This document shows positions 51,901 through 64,000 of a stretch of 64,000 nucleotides of DNA, piece by piece. The DNA lies in assembly GCF_002571385.2 (NCBI RefSeq), contig NW_019217994.1, forward strand, positions 168,545 to 232,544. The letters run 5' to 3'. Under the pieces are notes generated by a model. That model was given only the letters and a program-made list of their open reading frames with translations, made no database searches and had not been told where the DNA came from. Every line of letters starts with the position of its first letter. Positions within the stretch are counted from its first letter, which is position 1. The translations under genes were made by a program, and so were the position numbers. The DNA comes from Stylophora pistillata. Lineage: Eukaryota.

Positions 51901-54900
51901 AAGTATTAGTCTTTTTTTTATGTACTTGAACTCTATTTCCAGGGGACACCCCTCCAAAGGAGACAACAGCAGAAAGTAAACCTGCAGCCGAGAGTCCAGC
52001 ACCACCAACTGAGGAACCAGCTGCACCAGCTTTTAAGATCCCTACCTCTCCTCCCCCAGGTATAAACATTGTAAGCCTCCATTGCTTGAAGTGACTAACA
52101 TTTAACTCCTCACGGTTTTAATCCTTTTATCTCTAAGAGTGACCAGCATCTAATTTCTCCTTACAATATCAACCCTGAATCACGCATTAAGGTGACAAGA
52201 ATAAAGGAAATCATTTCATTTAAAGAAACTCTTGGTTGTAAAACAAATTCTCCTTGGCAGCACCTAAGGAAATGTATAGAGAACAATATGGGGAATATCC
52301 ATACTGATATTGTGGGGTAAAAAGTTAATTAATACATAATCTGGCATGCCAGTAGGGGATGAGAACAGACAAAAGTTATTAGGTATTGGGTGAAGAATTG
52401 ATATGACGGTTATTTGCAAGATATGTGTAGCAACTGCTGCAGGAGGGAAATTTCTGGGTAGATCTAGTGAGTTGAAAGTTAAAAATGATGGTTCATGTCA
52501 ATGAATAGGGTTCCATCAGATAAGAGTTTTTAATTCCCAAAAGTCTGATGTGTTGAAGGGCTAAAAATTGAAATTGAAGGGCTAAGTGTGCAACCACACA
52601 AACTTAGCCCTTTAACTTGCAGAAGTGATAAACATGTAAGTTCTCCCTACAATGCCCATACAGTATTCAACAAACAGGTAATGAGAATACTTGAACTTAT
52701 CAGCTACAGAAGTTCTCTTGATCTAGCATGAAATTCTTAGAACTTATTTACAAGGAAATGTGTAGTAGCTAGAGGGAAAATTAGTGATTAGATCTTGGGA
52801 TTTGAAGGATTAAATTTTAAGCAGTGTGTTTGATTACCAAAGGTAAGCCTTTGACTACAATGATTGTTTGTTTTCTTCCAGACAAACCATACCCCTGAAA
52901 ATGAATTGGTTTTGTTCATCTGAGCACTCAGTAACTGAAAGTTTCCAGAAAAGATTACGTTATAGTTATACTGCAAGATTTCTTTTCCTTTTGCCTTTTC
53001 AGCTCCTGAAGTACCAACTCAACCAATCACAGAAGTTAAACCAGGGCCCCCTACCCCTCCCCCACAGCTAACAGGTGCTCTGCCAGCAGACGGTCTACCC
53101 AGTGGAGCTCGCTCTGAACATAAGGTACAGTATTCAAGCTTTGATGAATTTTATCTCTTGCCTCCATATTAGCAAGTACCCTTTTACTGTTTGTTTTTCA
53201 TTAGGTACCAAAAGGTTGGACTCATTAATAATGGGGAACCCAAACACTTCCCTTTTGGCACCCTGTAATTAGATTTAAAAGAGCTTTCTAGATTTGAAGC
53301 TTGAATCTTAAGCAAATGCAGAAGGAGAGGGAGTGGGGATCAGAGTGCTTAATTAGAGTATTGAAAATGAGTTTTTCATAAAAGGTGTTTGTATGTAGGC
53401 AAGGATGACAAGAATGCGTCAAAGGATTGCTCAAAGACTCAAGGATTCACAGAACACTTATGCAATGTTGACAACATTTAATGAAGTTGATATGAGGTTA
53501 GTGTTCATATTTTCAAGGGCTGCTTCAGTACCAAACTAGATGTCATCAATTGTTAACTGGTAGTTATGATTTGATTTCTATACTAAATTGTCACAAAACA
53601 GCAACGTAATATGCTATTCCCATCTTTGACTGGCTGTGACATCATTTAAAACTGTGTACTTTTCATGAGGCATAAAAACAATGCGTCAGATTTGGTAGCA
53701 CTCTTTCTCTTGTTTGTTCTTGTTCTTTCCAGTCATGTCTCAGAGATGCGGAAAAAGCACAAAGATGCATTTGTTAAGAAGCATGGTGTCAAACTAGGCT
53801 TCATGTCTGCCTTTATAAAAGCTTCTGCCCATGCCCTGCAGAGTGAGCCAACAGTGAATGCTGGTCAGTTGGTTTTCTTATTCCATCTTCCTTCTTGTAT
53901 CTGTAACCAATCATGTTTTCAAGGTTGTATAACATGGATGGCAATCGAAATAGGATTGTTTTTTTTTTTTGCAGTTCTTTTTTTGTTGGTTTAGACAGCT
54001 TTGTAAGCTGTATTTTCTGATATTTTTTCACTAAGAAATTATAACTTGAACAGTTTAACCCTCAACTCTAATGAGTGACAAAGAAAAAATTTCTCTTAAC
54101 TAATTATCATTACAATATGAAGCAGACAACTGATTAGAATAAAGAAAAGTAACAGCTAGAGGATTATTCGCTGATCCAAAACCAAGTCCTCTGAACCAAC
54201 ATCATAAGAATTGTATGGCAGACAGTAAGGAGAATTGCTAATCTGATAACTGAAGAACTTCGCATGCTGGGTTGTCATGCTCTTCTTCCCATTTTTCTTG
54301 TAGTGATTGAAAACAGCGAGATTGTGTACAGAGATTACGTGGATATAAGCGTTGCGGTAGCCACGCCCAAGGTCTGTAAAAATTGTGGAAGAAGCATTTG
54401 ATTTTATTTTGCGCTATAACAGCTTGTATGACTTTGTTAATTCATCAAATCTAATTCATTGAAATTCAAGGAAATTCACTGAAGGACAAGAAACTTTAGA
54501 ACCTTGAAAGCAGCGACGCTTGCACTTTACTCTCTTACAGGGACTTGTTGTGCCAGTCATTAGAAACGTAGAAGAAATGAACTACGCCGACATCGAAAAA
54601 GCGATCAATGCGATGGGAGAGAAGGTATGTAAATGTGTTGTTCGTAGAAGCACGAACTTATCTCGTTCGTTCTTACTAGGACGTTAGGCTGCGTTCGGTA
54701 CCAGTCACGGGGCCCTGTGCTGTGTTTCTGCAAGTACATCACCCATTCCTTCTATCCTTCCTTCTTTGCATGCTACAGTGAAACAGTCACCCGCAGACGA
54801 GGGGTACGGAAAAAAAGGATACACAACGCCACCTATAAGTACCATAATTGACCACTGAATAAATGTACAGAATCTCGCTCGAAAATACCACTTCCTTTGA

Positions 54901-56319
54901 TTTTGGTAGAGAAACATGGATTCAAAATTACTTGAAAGATTACTCTTAGTTTTATTTAGGTGGTGCTGCCCTCAGTGACTATTCAAGACAGGTGGAGGAC
55001 AATAATAAAAAAAAAAAAAACATCTGTTGAGACGCGTTTCATTCCTTCTCCGAAAATCAGAGGCTCTAACGTGCTGTTTTTCAATAGACTCGAGGTTCGA
55101 CTCAAACGAACATAACTGTTTCCCTTTATTTTTCGTCTTCAGGCTCGAACAAACGAACTGGCCATCGAAGACATGGATGGAGGAACATTCACCATCTCCA
55201 ATGGCGGAGTGTTTGGTTCCATGATGGGCACACCCATTATAAACCCGCCCCAGTCTGCCATCCTGGGCATGCACGCCATTGTTGACCGACCGGTGGCTGT
55301 AAATGGAAAGGTTAGAGACCTGGTGACCAATCTATAATGAAACCGATCAGAAGCGTCAGCTAACATCCTGTTCATCTGCATTGTAGGAGTCTTTTTTCGC
55401 CAACGAAAGTTCAGCGTTTCTCTAGAAATGTCCGGCCACCACATTGAATAGGGGCCTTCATCTTTCAAATAAACTCACGGGAAAAAGACAACTGACTGTG
55501 TCCTTCTATTTATCGAACACCCTAGGTAGGGGGGAGGGGGACGGGAGAGGGCGGTAGGAGAGGGGGACGGGAGAGGGCGGTAGGAGAGGGGGACGGGAGA
55601 GGGCGGTAGGAGAGGGGGACGGGAGAGGGCGGTAGGAGAGGGGGACGGGAGAGGGCGGTAGGAGAGGGGGACGGGAGAGGGCGGTAGGAGAGGGGGACGG
55701 GAGAGGGCGGTAGGAGAGGGGGACGGGAGAGGGCGGTAGGAGAGGGGGACGGGAGAGGGGGGCAGGAGAAGGGGACGGGAGAGGGCGACAGGAGAGGGGC
55801 ACGAGGGACAGGCGTCACCTGAATACGAGAAAAAGATTTATAGAAAAAGATCATTCAAGTGTTAAGCAGCTGTCTCTCACGGGATGAAGACAAAGATATG
55901 GAGTAAAGTTGACTTAAAGATGTAATAGGTATGGCGACTGTCAGTCGTAGACTCCTATTTGGGTTAATCTGCCCAGAATGCTTCTAATCCTGTCACTACG
56001 ACAAGTACCCAAAGGAGAAATTCTCTTTACGGTATCAATACATTTTCAAGCAGAATTGGCGGGGAGAAGAATGATTAATCTAAGGAAAGGGATATAGTTT
56101 GATTAAACAACAAATTCTCAGAGGGAAGGTTAGCAGAAACGCGTGGCAGACTGTGTGGAGAATTGACATTTGCGTTGTATTTCAGGTTGAGATCCGTCCC
56201 ATGATGTACTTAGCCCTCACTTATGACCATCGTTTAATCGACGGTAGAGAAGCAGTAACATTCCTCAGGAAGATCAAAGCTTCTGTAGAGGATCCTCACA
56301 CTTTACTCTTAGACTTGTG
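48980..56319 (+). CDS. DLST: Dihydrolipoamide succinyltransferase (E2 of 2-oxoglutarate dehydrogenase), mitochondrial, about 15-16 exons
   Basis: Arg-rich transit peptide [18 protein letters not shown]; [16 protein letters not shown]; lipoyl motif EIETDK|T; [28 protein letters not shown]; KLGFMSAF; [19 protein letters not shown]; [30 protein letters not shown]; [17 protein letters not shown]. One N-terminal exon is uncertain. Confidence 0.96.
50351..50620. mobile_element. CAGGG-type MITE with internal dimer, 5-bp TSD
   Basis: TAATT|CAGGGGC...CTACAACCTTG|TAATT; a roughly 100-bp internal unit occurs twice (ggtcaca...ctcaccagattgtca...atgtgacaaaa). Confidence 0.65.
50849..51215 (+). mobile_element. 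tRNA-derived SINE with Deu/Nin-like domain, second copy
   Basis: Same head and body as 35758-36105. Confidence 0.75.
52118..52328 (+). mobile_element. About 210-bp TTAA-CCC...GGG-TTAA-type MITE (piggyBac-like); relatives near 49830-50038 (-), 52604-52813, 54055-54245, 55985-56170
   Basis: Shared motifs aatttctccttacaat, gaataaag, aaattctc, ggaaatgt, ggagaat and degenerate ttaaccc / gggttaa ends. Confidence 0.6.
55530..55810 (+). repeat. G-rich 26-bp minisatellite, about 10 copies, in the last DLST intron
   Basis: Unit ACGGGAGAGGGCGGTAGGAGAGGGGG; period 26 (55541, 55567, 55593...). Confidence 0.95.
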
Positions 56320-56974
56320 ATCCCCTGGCTGATCATGCTGGGAAATTTATAGTGGACTGGACACTCACCAGTTTTAGTTAATGTCAAGTTTACGGTCAGC
56401 CTTGGTCAGAGGAATCTTTATGAACGTCAGTGTTGTCACCTGTACTCGATCGATGTGGAAGAAGAAAAATAGTGTTATTGATGGGTTTTTTAAATTGATG
56501 TTCATAATTTTGTGCGACTGTTCTATTCAATCAAACAGTTTTGAACGCAAAATACGACCCTGTTCTGACTAGTGTCCTTCGCAGCCGTTGTTTGGTCTCG
56601 TCACGAAACGCGCTCTCAGTTCCTCAGATAGGGAGAGAGTACGTGTAGTGACGAGACCAAACATCGTCTGCGAAGGAGACTATGTTCTTACCAAATGATG
56701 TAAAGTTTGCCATTTACCAGAGAGGAGTAACGTTTGCTGAATTGTCTCTTGAAATTGTTTATCTGTCATTTTTTAGTGATGTCAAATAAAAATCCACCTA
56801 AAACTTCTGGTTAAGTCCTTTTTAACTAAAATTCAGATATCAAAACAGGTCTGTGTAGTTTATCAGATTGCTTGATATTGGCCAATAATATCTCCAATAT
56901 AAAGGAGATAATTTGTACACCAAAATTATGCAATAAAAATATAGATCAGCGTGCCCGTTTAAGAGCTAAAGACC

Positions 56975-57138
56975 ATACACCGAATGCAAATATAGCATCC
57001 AATTTGAGTTGCCATTGTTCTGGACTCACTAGCCTTTCACACATGAAATAATCATTTTGCATTTCCACGCGAAGACGAGGCTAATGAGTCCAGAACAATA
57101 GCAACTCAAATTGGATGCCATATTTGCATTCGGTGTAT
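56975..57138. repeat. Fold-back element with about 60-bp arms
   Basis: atacaccgaatgcaaatat...ctcactagcct / aggctaatgag...atatttgcattcggtgtat. Confidence 0.8.
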
Positions 57139-58058
57139 CGCACCTTTTTACCTGCTCCATTGATTAAAAAACAATACCGTGTGCTCGGAATGCGCGCTTA
57201 TTCGCCTGATTACGAGGTTTTATGCGCAGTAGGGGATGCACAATGCAGTACTGAGGAATCACCTTAAAAGGCTTGTGAAGTTCAGTTCATCCATAAATCT
57301 CCTAAAAGGCAAAAGCGGAGGCGAAGATTGTAATATTCTGATCAGTGCATTCCGAAGCATTTGCATTTTCTTTCACTAATGCAAGGGCCGTACGTGTTTG
57401 TACTATAATTGAACACTTTTCTGTATGCACTCCTTGAAAATTGGACAAATCTTTCATCAATGTGTGCCAGCAATATATTGAAATACTTTTTTAACGCTCT
57501 GACAATCATTTTTCCCGAAATCGTGGCAGTGGTGTAGTTCAGTGATTGCATAGTTTTACCGTGGGTTTAAGTCGATGAATGAATAGGTAAACGCGCACAT
57601 CGCCGGATGCACATTGACGAATTCCACTTGAATAAATTTTTCGTTTCTTCAGTCTGTATGTCATGTTTTAAACAACTTAATGACCTCGACCGTTCGGTCG
57701 TTGCGGGATAATCTTCAACTTTGATCGGCCTGGCTGTATTGACCGAGCGATTTCCCAATATCCAGCCATCTTGACCGAACAAACTTGGTCAATAAAGGAT
57801 TTATTCAACAGCAAGAAAAGTTTGTATATAACAAGAGTCAAAAACGACTTGTTTATTTCGAGATCCGAAAAAGAAATCGAACAGTGTTTGAGGCGCGAAA
57901 AAACACATGAGATTCATTTAATTTTTTATTTTTCTCCGCTTTTTTGTGACTCCATCGCCATCATTGTCAAAAAATTACGACTTTCTAAAGACGTCTGCTC
58001 CACGCAATCTTTTTCTCGCGCGGGATCAAGGCAGGCGATTCCCGGTGGGCAAGATGGT

Positions 58059-58094
<36 letters not shown>

Positions 58095-58713
58095 TTGTTG
58101 CTCACGCGCGCTGCCGACAGTATAATGATAACTGATAAACTCTTGGAAGAAACAGAAAAGTTCTCGTAAACGGACAAATTATCATATAAGGTTCGCATGA
58201 AGCACTTGGGCATCATTAACTCGAAATCAAGCTAAGAACCTGAATTGCTGAGTTTTGACATATAACAGAACACTACTGTTTTACTCGGATCAAAGTGTTT
58301 CTCAGCGTAAATGATGTAAGTAAGTTTAAGTTCATGTTTCACCAAACGTGTCACCTGCTTTCTGTCAATGTCTAATGTTTTTCACTCCGTGGCGTCTCTT
58401 TCGTTTCTTACTCTTTAATTTGTCTTTCTTTACCGCCCGGTATTTTAAGAGGAAATGAGTGTCTCACATGCCCATGACATTCATTTAGTGTTTACAACAT
58501 GTATTTGAATCATGAAAGTTCTCATAAACGGACAAATTGACATATAAGGTTCATCTGACCCATTTACCTGCTGTTAAATTAGAAATAAACTTAAGAACCA
58601 CAATTTGTGAACTCGGCATGTGACAGGGAACAGAAACAAGTCATTACTTGATAAAACAAGCTGGCATTGCGGGTTGTCAGCCTAAACGGTCAGTGTAAGG
58701 AACTTTAATTTAA

Positions 58714-59255
58714 AGTCCCTATTCACCCTCAGAGGTTTAGATATATTTCTATTCTTTGCGTTATCAGGATTAATCTCCGAAAAATTTTTTTTCGATTGAT
58801 TAAATATTTCCCGAGATATGCCGCCTCAAAGTTCGTCATTTGGCCGCGCCCTTTTGATTTGGCCGGGCTAAGTTAATACTAGTAACTAAAAGTCCCTCAT
58901 GACGTCACAGCAAGAATGTCTTTCGATCGATGTGCCTACATTCACTTGAATATGCGTTTAGACGAAGCTGTTGTATTTGACCAACCAGCGACCACGCAAC
59001 GAGTCGGCATTTTCACATCATTTTACAACAATAGACAAATTTTCTTGTACGAGAAGTTAACATTCGTTCTTGCTGTGACGTCACTCGGCCCAGTACTTCT
59101 CTCCCGGCCAAATCAAAAGGGCGTGGCCAAAAGAGTAACTTTGCGGCAGCATATCTCGGGAGATATTTAATCAATCGCAAAATTCTTTTTGGAGATTAAT
59201 CCTGATAACGCAAAGAATCGAAATATATCTAAACCTCTGAGGGTGAATAGGGACT
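58714..59255. mobile_element. Kolobok-like fold-back element, 542 bp, long inverted arms
   Basis: TTAA|AGTCCCTATTCACCCTCAGAGG...CCTCTGAGGGTGAATAGGGACT|TTAA; arms extend about 200 bp. Confidence 0.8.
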
Positions 59256-59614
59256 TTAAAGTTAGACCTAACATGTCACTTTCTCCAGATATCAAACTTT
59301 TGCAACGCCATGGCGTGGCTTTCTCTTATTCTCCATGTCTTTTTCTGCCTTGCGGTTTAATGTAACACTTATAGAAAAAGTATCTAAGTCTTTGAACCAT
59401 AATAGGCCAAGATTCTTCCATAAAACGCTCCCAGTATTTCACCTGCTCCGACTTGACAATTAACAATTAATAATTGCAAAATTATTGTCCAAGACAATTA
59501 CCGCATTAAACAGCGACCATTCTAAACAATTACAATTACTTTTTCGCTTCAAGTTAAGCTCTTCTGTATCCTGAACCAACTCATTCAGGTGTTGAAAGTT
59601 CACCAGCCGTTGTC

Positions 59615-61148
59615 ATGCTGCTCTTGCCACTCTTGGTATTTTTCCCTTCTTTGCTGAACTTGATGTTTGCCATGGATAACAGCGCTCTCTATCGAAATCC
59701 AAAAGGCGATCTCTCTTTTGGTAAATTTAAGCGCGATCCCTTCCATTACTTGTGGGTACAAAAACTTTCATCGTCCATGGTAGAAGATCAGCTGGACTGC
59801 GCCTTCCTTTGTGTTCGTGACCCAAAGTGCTACTCGTTCAACTTAGCTGCGTTTCCTAACTCAAATGGCCTTTATCTGTGTGATCTGTTGGGTACTGACA
59901 AGTACCGAGAAACTAAAACGTTCCAAGCAAACGCAACATTTCATCATTACAGTCCACCGGTAAGAGGTCTATCTTAAGATTTTTTGTTATTGTTATTTTT
60001 TTATTTTTTATGAAAGCAGTCAATGCAATACACTACTGTTACGAGATATTTTCTTTAACTTTTAGTCTCCATGTGAAAGCACCCCTTGCAAGAACGATGC
60101 TGTCTGTTTTCCTGAAAATAAATGGAATTCCTATCCCTGTGTCGAGTGTAAACCTGGATTTTTTGGAAATCACTTCGAACGAGCAGGTATGAAACTCACT
60201 ATGTCATTTTCCATATTGAAAATATTGAAAATATTGAAAATAAATTTGTAGCAAAAATATTTGAAGCGCCGTCAAGAAGTAAAATAGTTCCCTTTGCTGC
60301 GCTACATCATGTGCATTAGGTTATCGGCTTGTTCAATGGGAATATGAAGCAAGTTGATGCTATTGACTTTGATTGCACACGGATCCGCCGGCTTTGTTCT
60401 TACTTTTTAAAAATGTAATCTACCCCAATGCTTTACTTTACTCCATGAAAGTGTCTTTGATCAAATTATCCGATGCTAAGAACAAATCGAATAAGAGATA
60501 CTTACAGTTTTTTGTCATATTCTTCGCTTCTAAGGAAATAAAACCTGCAGTCAGATCAAACTACTTAATCTCACCAGTGGTTATTACGTCATCGACCCTG
60601 ACGGAGAGGGCGGAGTCAAACCTTTCAAAGTCTACTGTAATATGACTGACAAGGACGGTGTTGGAGTGACAGTTGTCAGTCATGACAGTGAAAGCAAAAC
60701 ACTGGTGGATGGATTTCCAGGCCGTGGCAGTTATTCGCGCAATGTCACTTACAATGAAACCAGTCTCCTTCAGCTAGCAAGTCTAACAGCTTCATCCACT
60801 CACTGTGAGCAGTTTATAAAGTACGATTGCTATTACTCAAGACTCCTAAGAAAGGATAAAATGTATGGCTGGTGGGTATCCCGCGATGGAGAGAAGATGA
60901 AGTACTGGGGAGGAGTGGATTCTGCCATGGACAACAAATGCGCATGCGACTTGAACAAAACATGTGCAGACCCTAAGTACGGATGCAACTGCGACAAACT
61001 GGATAGGACTTGGCGAGAAGACAGCGGTCTACTCACAAACAAGTACAAGCTTCCCGTGAAGCAGCTGCGGTTTGGAGATACCGGCAATACAAATGATGAT
61101 ATGGGATACCACACACTTGGAAAGCTGAAGTGTTTTGGACTCATTTAG
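59615..61148 (+). CDS. Secreted PAN + EGF + CNTNAP/neurexin-IV-type fibrinogen-like protein; exons 59615-59959, 60066-60186, 60535-61148; 359 aa
   Basis: Signal peptide MLLLPLLVFF; PAN CAFLC..KCYSFN..CDLL; EGF SPCESTPCKN; TCSQI..SGYYVIDPDGEGG..VYCNM..TVVSHDSE..CEQFIKYDC..WWVSRDG..YWGG..CACD..CNCD..DSGLL..LPV..FGD..LGKLKC. Confidence 0.88.
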
Positions 61149-62394
61149 AATAAATTTCATAAAAGTAAATTATAAATGTATACCCTGTATTTATAAATTA
61201 AAAGGCTGTCCGCTGCTTTTTGCTGAGGAAATCGATAAATTTATATTATATGAAAACCACCATAACTTTGACAAATGTCGCACGCGTAATAGGATGTTAT
61301 ACATTACAATAGGTACTGAAGGCGCGTTTTTAGAGGTAAGAATAAAGGTAGATGAAAAAGGAAACCGAGAAGAAGAGGGAACGCGAAATGCCCAGCTCAT
61401 GACTTCAACTTAGGAGTTTTTTACGTTTTCCATCATAAGCTCGCAATTTGCCCGTCGAGCAAATTGATTGTAATTGAGATCTGTTTTGTCTTTTTTCCCT
61501 TATGATTAAACTGATGCAAATAAAAGAAAAAAGGACAAGAGGTACGTACACAATCTGGCTTAGTTTACCCGTGGTTAATTTATATAAAGTTCTAAAACGA
61601 AAGTTTTTAATACTGTTAAAAGCGTGCGTAATGCATTCAATCATTAATGAGGGTGTCGCTTTTGTGTTGTTGCTTTTTCTCGTCGTCTATTAGTGTTTTT
61701 TCACCGATTAGTTTGCCTCTGTTGTTTTTCCTATCACATACTTTCGTTCACTATTGTTTCTTTCGTAATTATTGGCGTGAATTGCACTTTCAGTTAGTCG
61801 TTTTCGCAAGCATTAATTTTAGTTTTTCGTGCATATATAAGCTTAGTTTTCTCTGTTTAGGGCCCTTCTTTTTTCGGTCGTCGCGCTAGTCGCAATTCGC
61901 TTTCAAGCGGTTCCTTTGTTCTTCATTTCGTCTTCGGAAAGTGTTATTTCGTCGAGCGCAGTTTTGCAGTAATCGTAACAATGTAATTACTGTCGTTTCA
62001 AGGTGGCTCAGTGTATTTCTTTCCTATCACCTTTACTTAATCAATTGTTGTATTTTTGTATTTATTTATTACTTTTAAGTTTCAACCCACATCGTTCACC
62101 GTCAATAAATCGCCCTTTTTATCAATAATTGTGGTGTTGAGAAGTTACGATTGCCACAGTCATAAACTGTGAAAATTAAAGAGATAAATGATAAGTAATA
62201 ATTAAAGGAAAAGGCCTCACCTTCACCTATCAATCGGGCAACAGGCTCCTAATTAAGTTTAGCAATAGACCACGATTATGCAAAAATCTCCGTTTCCTAT
62301 GAGAGTCTCCTAACCGATGCTCTGTGGTGGGCAAGGCCCATTACGAAGTTCGTATTAGGATCGGAAATGTCGATAGCGTCATATTTTGTTGAGT

Positions 62395-62540
62395 CTCAGC
62401 GGTTCAGTGGTGGAGCATCGGGGCTAGGGTCTGCGCTTCGATTCCTCGTGGGGAGTCACGCTCGTGACAAGACGAAAATATCTTCCTCAATTTCTTTACC
62501 AAGTTCAAAACTTACTGGCCGTCTTTCTTGTTCTAGCTGC
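62395..62540 (+). repeat. Degenerate tRNA-derived repeat
   Basis: A-box-like cggttcagtggtggagc and B-box-like gcttcgattcc, followed by cacgctcgtgacaagacgaaaa...; ends near an N gap. Confidence 0.4.
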
Positions 62541-62857
62541 AAACATGTTTTNNNNNNNNNNNCGTTACGTAGTGGGCTATATATAAGGTTAGTATAGGGA
62601 TATACAGTCGCGCTCTCACCCTAAAAATCTGAACGAGTTTGAAATAAAAAAATTTAACTCATTCCAGTGGTTCAGTGTTCCTTTGCCTTGTGTGACTTTT
62701 CTGGTCTGATTTAGGGCAGTTCAGCTCGGTTTAAGTTCATCCGCTTTGGCTTCTACATAGGGGAAGTTATATAGAAGGGAAACAGACATCTATTAATTTT
62801 ACTGATACTATCGTAGTTATACGTTTCTAGGCTAAGACTCCAGACTTTAGAGATCTG

Positions 62858-63205
62858 GGACCCGTTCCTCAAAAGTCCTGGTAACTAAACGGGCGCGAAG
62901 CCATGTTTTAAAGTCAAAATTTAAAGGATAGTAAAGCAGGTTCTGGCACCCAAACCAGTCTCTTTTGTTTTTTTAGCTAATATTTTTATTTTCTTGAATG
63001 AAAACAGAACAGCTTTACGGGCCCGTTAAGTTACCGGGAGTTTCGAGAAACGACCCCCTGGGCTAAGTTGTATGAAGGATGGATGACGCTACCTGAAGGA
63101 TAAATCAGTATCCAGCGGATAAGGGACTGTAAAACCTACTTCGCTATCCTCCGGATAGGGATTGATCCAGTGGATATCTTTATCCAAACTTCGAACAACC
63201 TGGTC
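62858..63205. mobile_element. Two abutting Harbinger-type MITEs (62858-63057 and 63061-63205)
   Basis: CTG at 62855, 63058 and 63206 separates them. Arms GGACCCGTTCCTCAAAAG / TTTCGAGAAACGACCCC and AGTTGTATGAAG / CTTCGAACAACC. The second family also occurs near 31240-31385. Confidence 0.6.
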
Positions 63206-64000
63206 CTGGTGTGCCGGGCTTAAGCTTCTTACAAAAAAGTCTGGAAAACTCTCGCATAAAAGTCGAGATCCAAATGCAAGTTTCTCAAAGAGAGTTCACC
63301 TTTAATTTGTTTTAATCGATCGAAAGCGATCGATTATTAAAAAAAGATAAACGACATAATTTTAAATAAACGACATCGACTTAAAACGTTTCTCGATCAA
63401 TTTCATCACAATTATGAAATAAAACAAGGTCACCAAGCTTATGTAAAAGCCGTACCAGTATTTGTTTAGCTTCTTCATTGATTGAAAAAAAAAACCGGGA
63501 AAAAAGTAGCTATCGGAATGCTGGCGCGCTTGTTCGCACCGCTCAGAATGTATTGTGCATTACTGAGGAATCACCTTACGCAATATTTGATGGATTAGGA
63601 AGTACTTGTAGCCTTAGAATAAATTGAATTGCATGGTACACAATAGAAGATAGGTTTTTGACCTGGGGTTAAAACGCTTAGCTACTTGGTAAGCAAATGG
63701 TAGAATCGTCACATAAAGCTGATTCAAGTGATTTAACCTGATCCTTACAAACATGCCCAGCCTCGAGAATAATCGCTTTAGTTAAATATTCTTTTATTTA
63801 AATAAATTTATTTCTTTAATTCATCACAAACATATAGTATGATGTTTCCCGACGCGGAACCAAAGTGTATTATAACAAACTGCGGGCGCAAGTCCTACCT
63901 AATTCCTAGGGAACTGCTATGGTGCAAGTCCGTGCACACATGATATGACGTGTGCAGGTTTACTTAGCTGCAAGTTCCTGTCGAGGTTTCAAACCTTTAA

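Noticed and set aside
55506-55854. Proline-rich ORFs on the minus strand
   Set aside because: Translation of the 26-bp minisatellite.
61614-62160. Possible solo LTR (TATA-like motif, AATAAA)
   Set aside because: No convincing TG..CA ends with a matching TSD.

Overview
AT-rich, intron-containing animal genomic DNA with several N-gaps. It is most likely a stony coral (inferred from the gene families and repeat types; not verified). Six spliced protein-coding genes can be rebuilt from GT-AG boundaries: a secreted PAN-EGF-fibrinogen-like protein (3076-4461, -), an SLC16 transporter (25074-29623, +), a LigB/Memo-superfamily protein (30915-34878, -), WDR26 (-) head-to-head with DLST (+), and a secreted PAN-EGF-CNTNAP-type fibrinogen-like protein (59615-61148, +). 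The first gene has a pseudogenised paralogue at about 19.4-21.6 kb. The rest is dense in transposons: an intact 4.1-kb hAT element with a 6-bp TSD nested in a hammerhead-bearing Penelope fragment, three CAGGG-type MITEs with 5-bp TSDs, Sola3-like elements, a Harbinger deletion derivative, two dissimilar TTAA-flanked elements both exactly 542 bp, LINE ends and tRNA-SINEs. The most unusual structure is a TSD-flanked tandem plus inverted array of a 251-bp, hairpin-rich, tRNA-Thr-like unit (4774-6293). All coordinates were read by eye and no searches were run.
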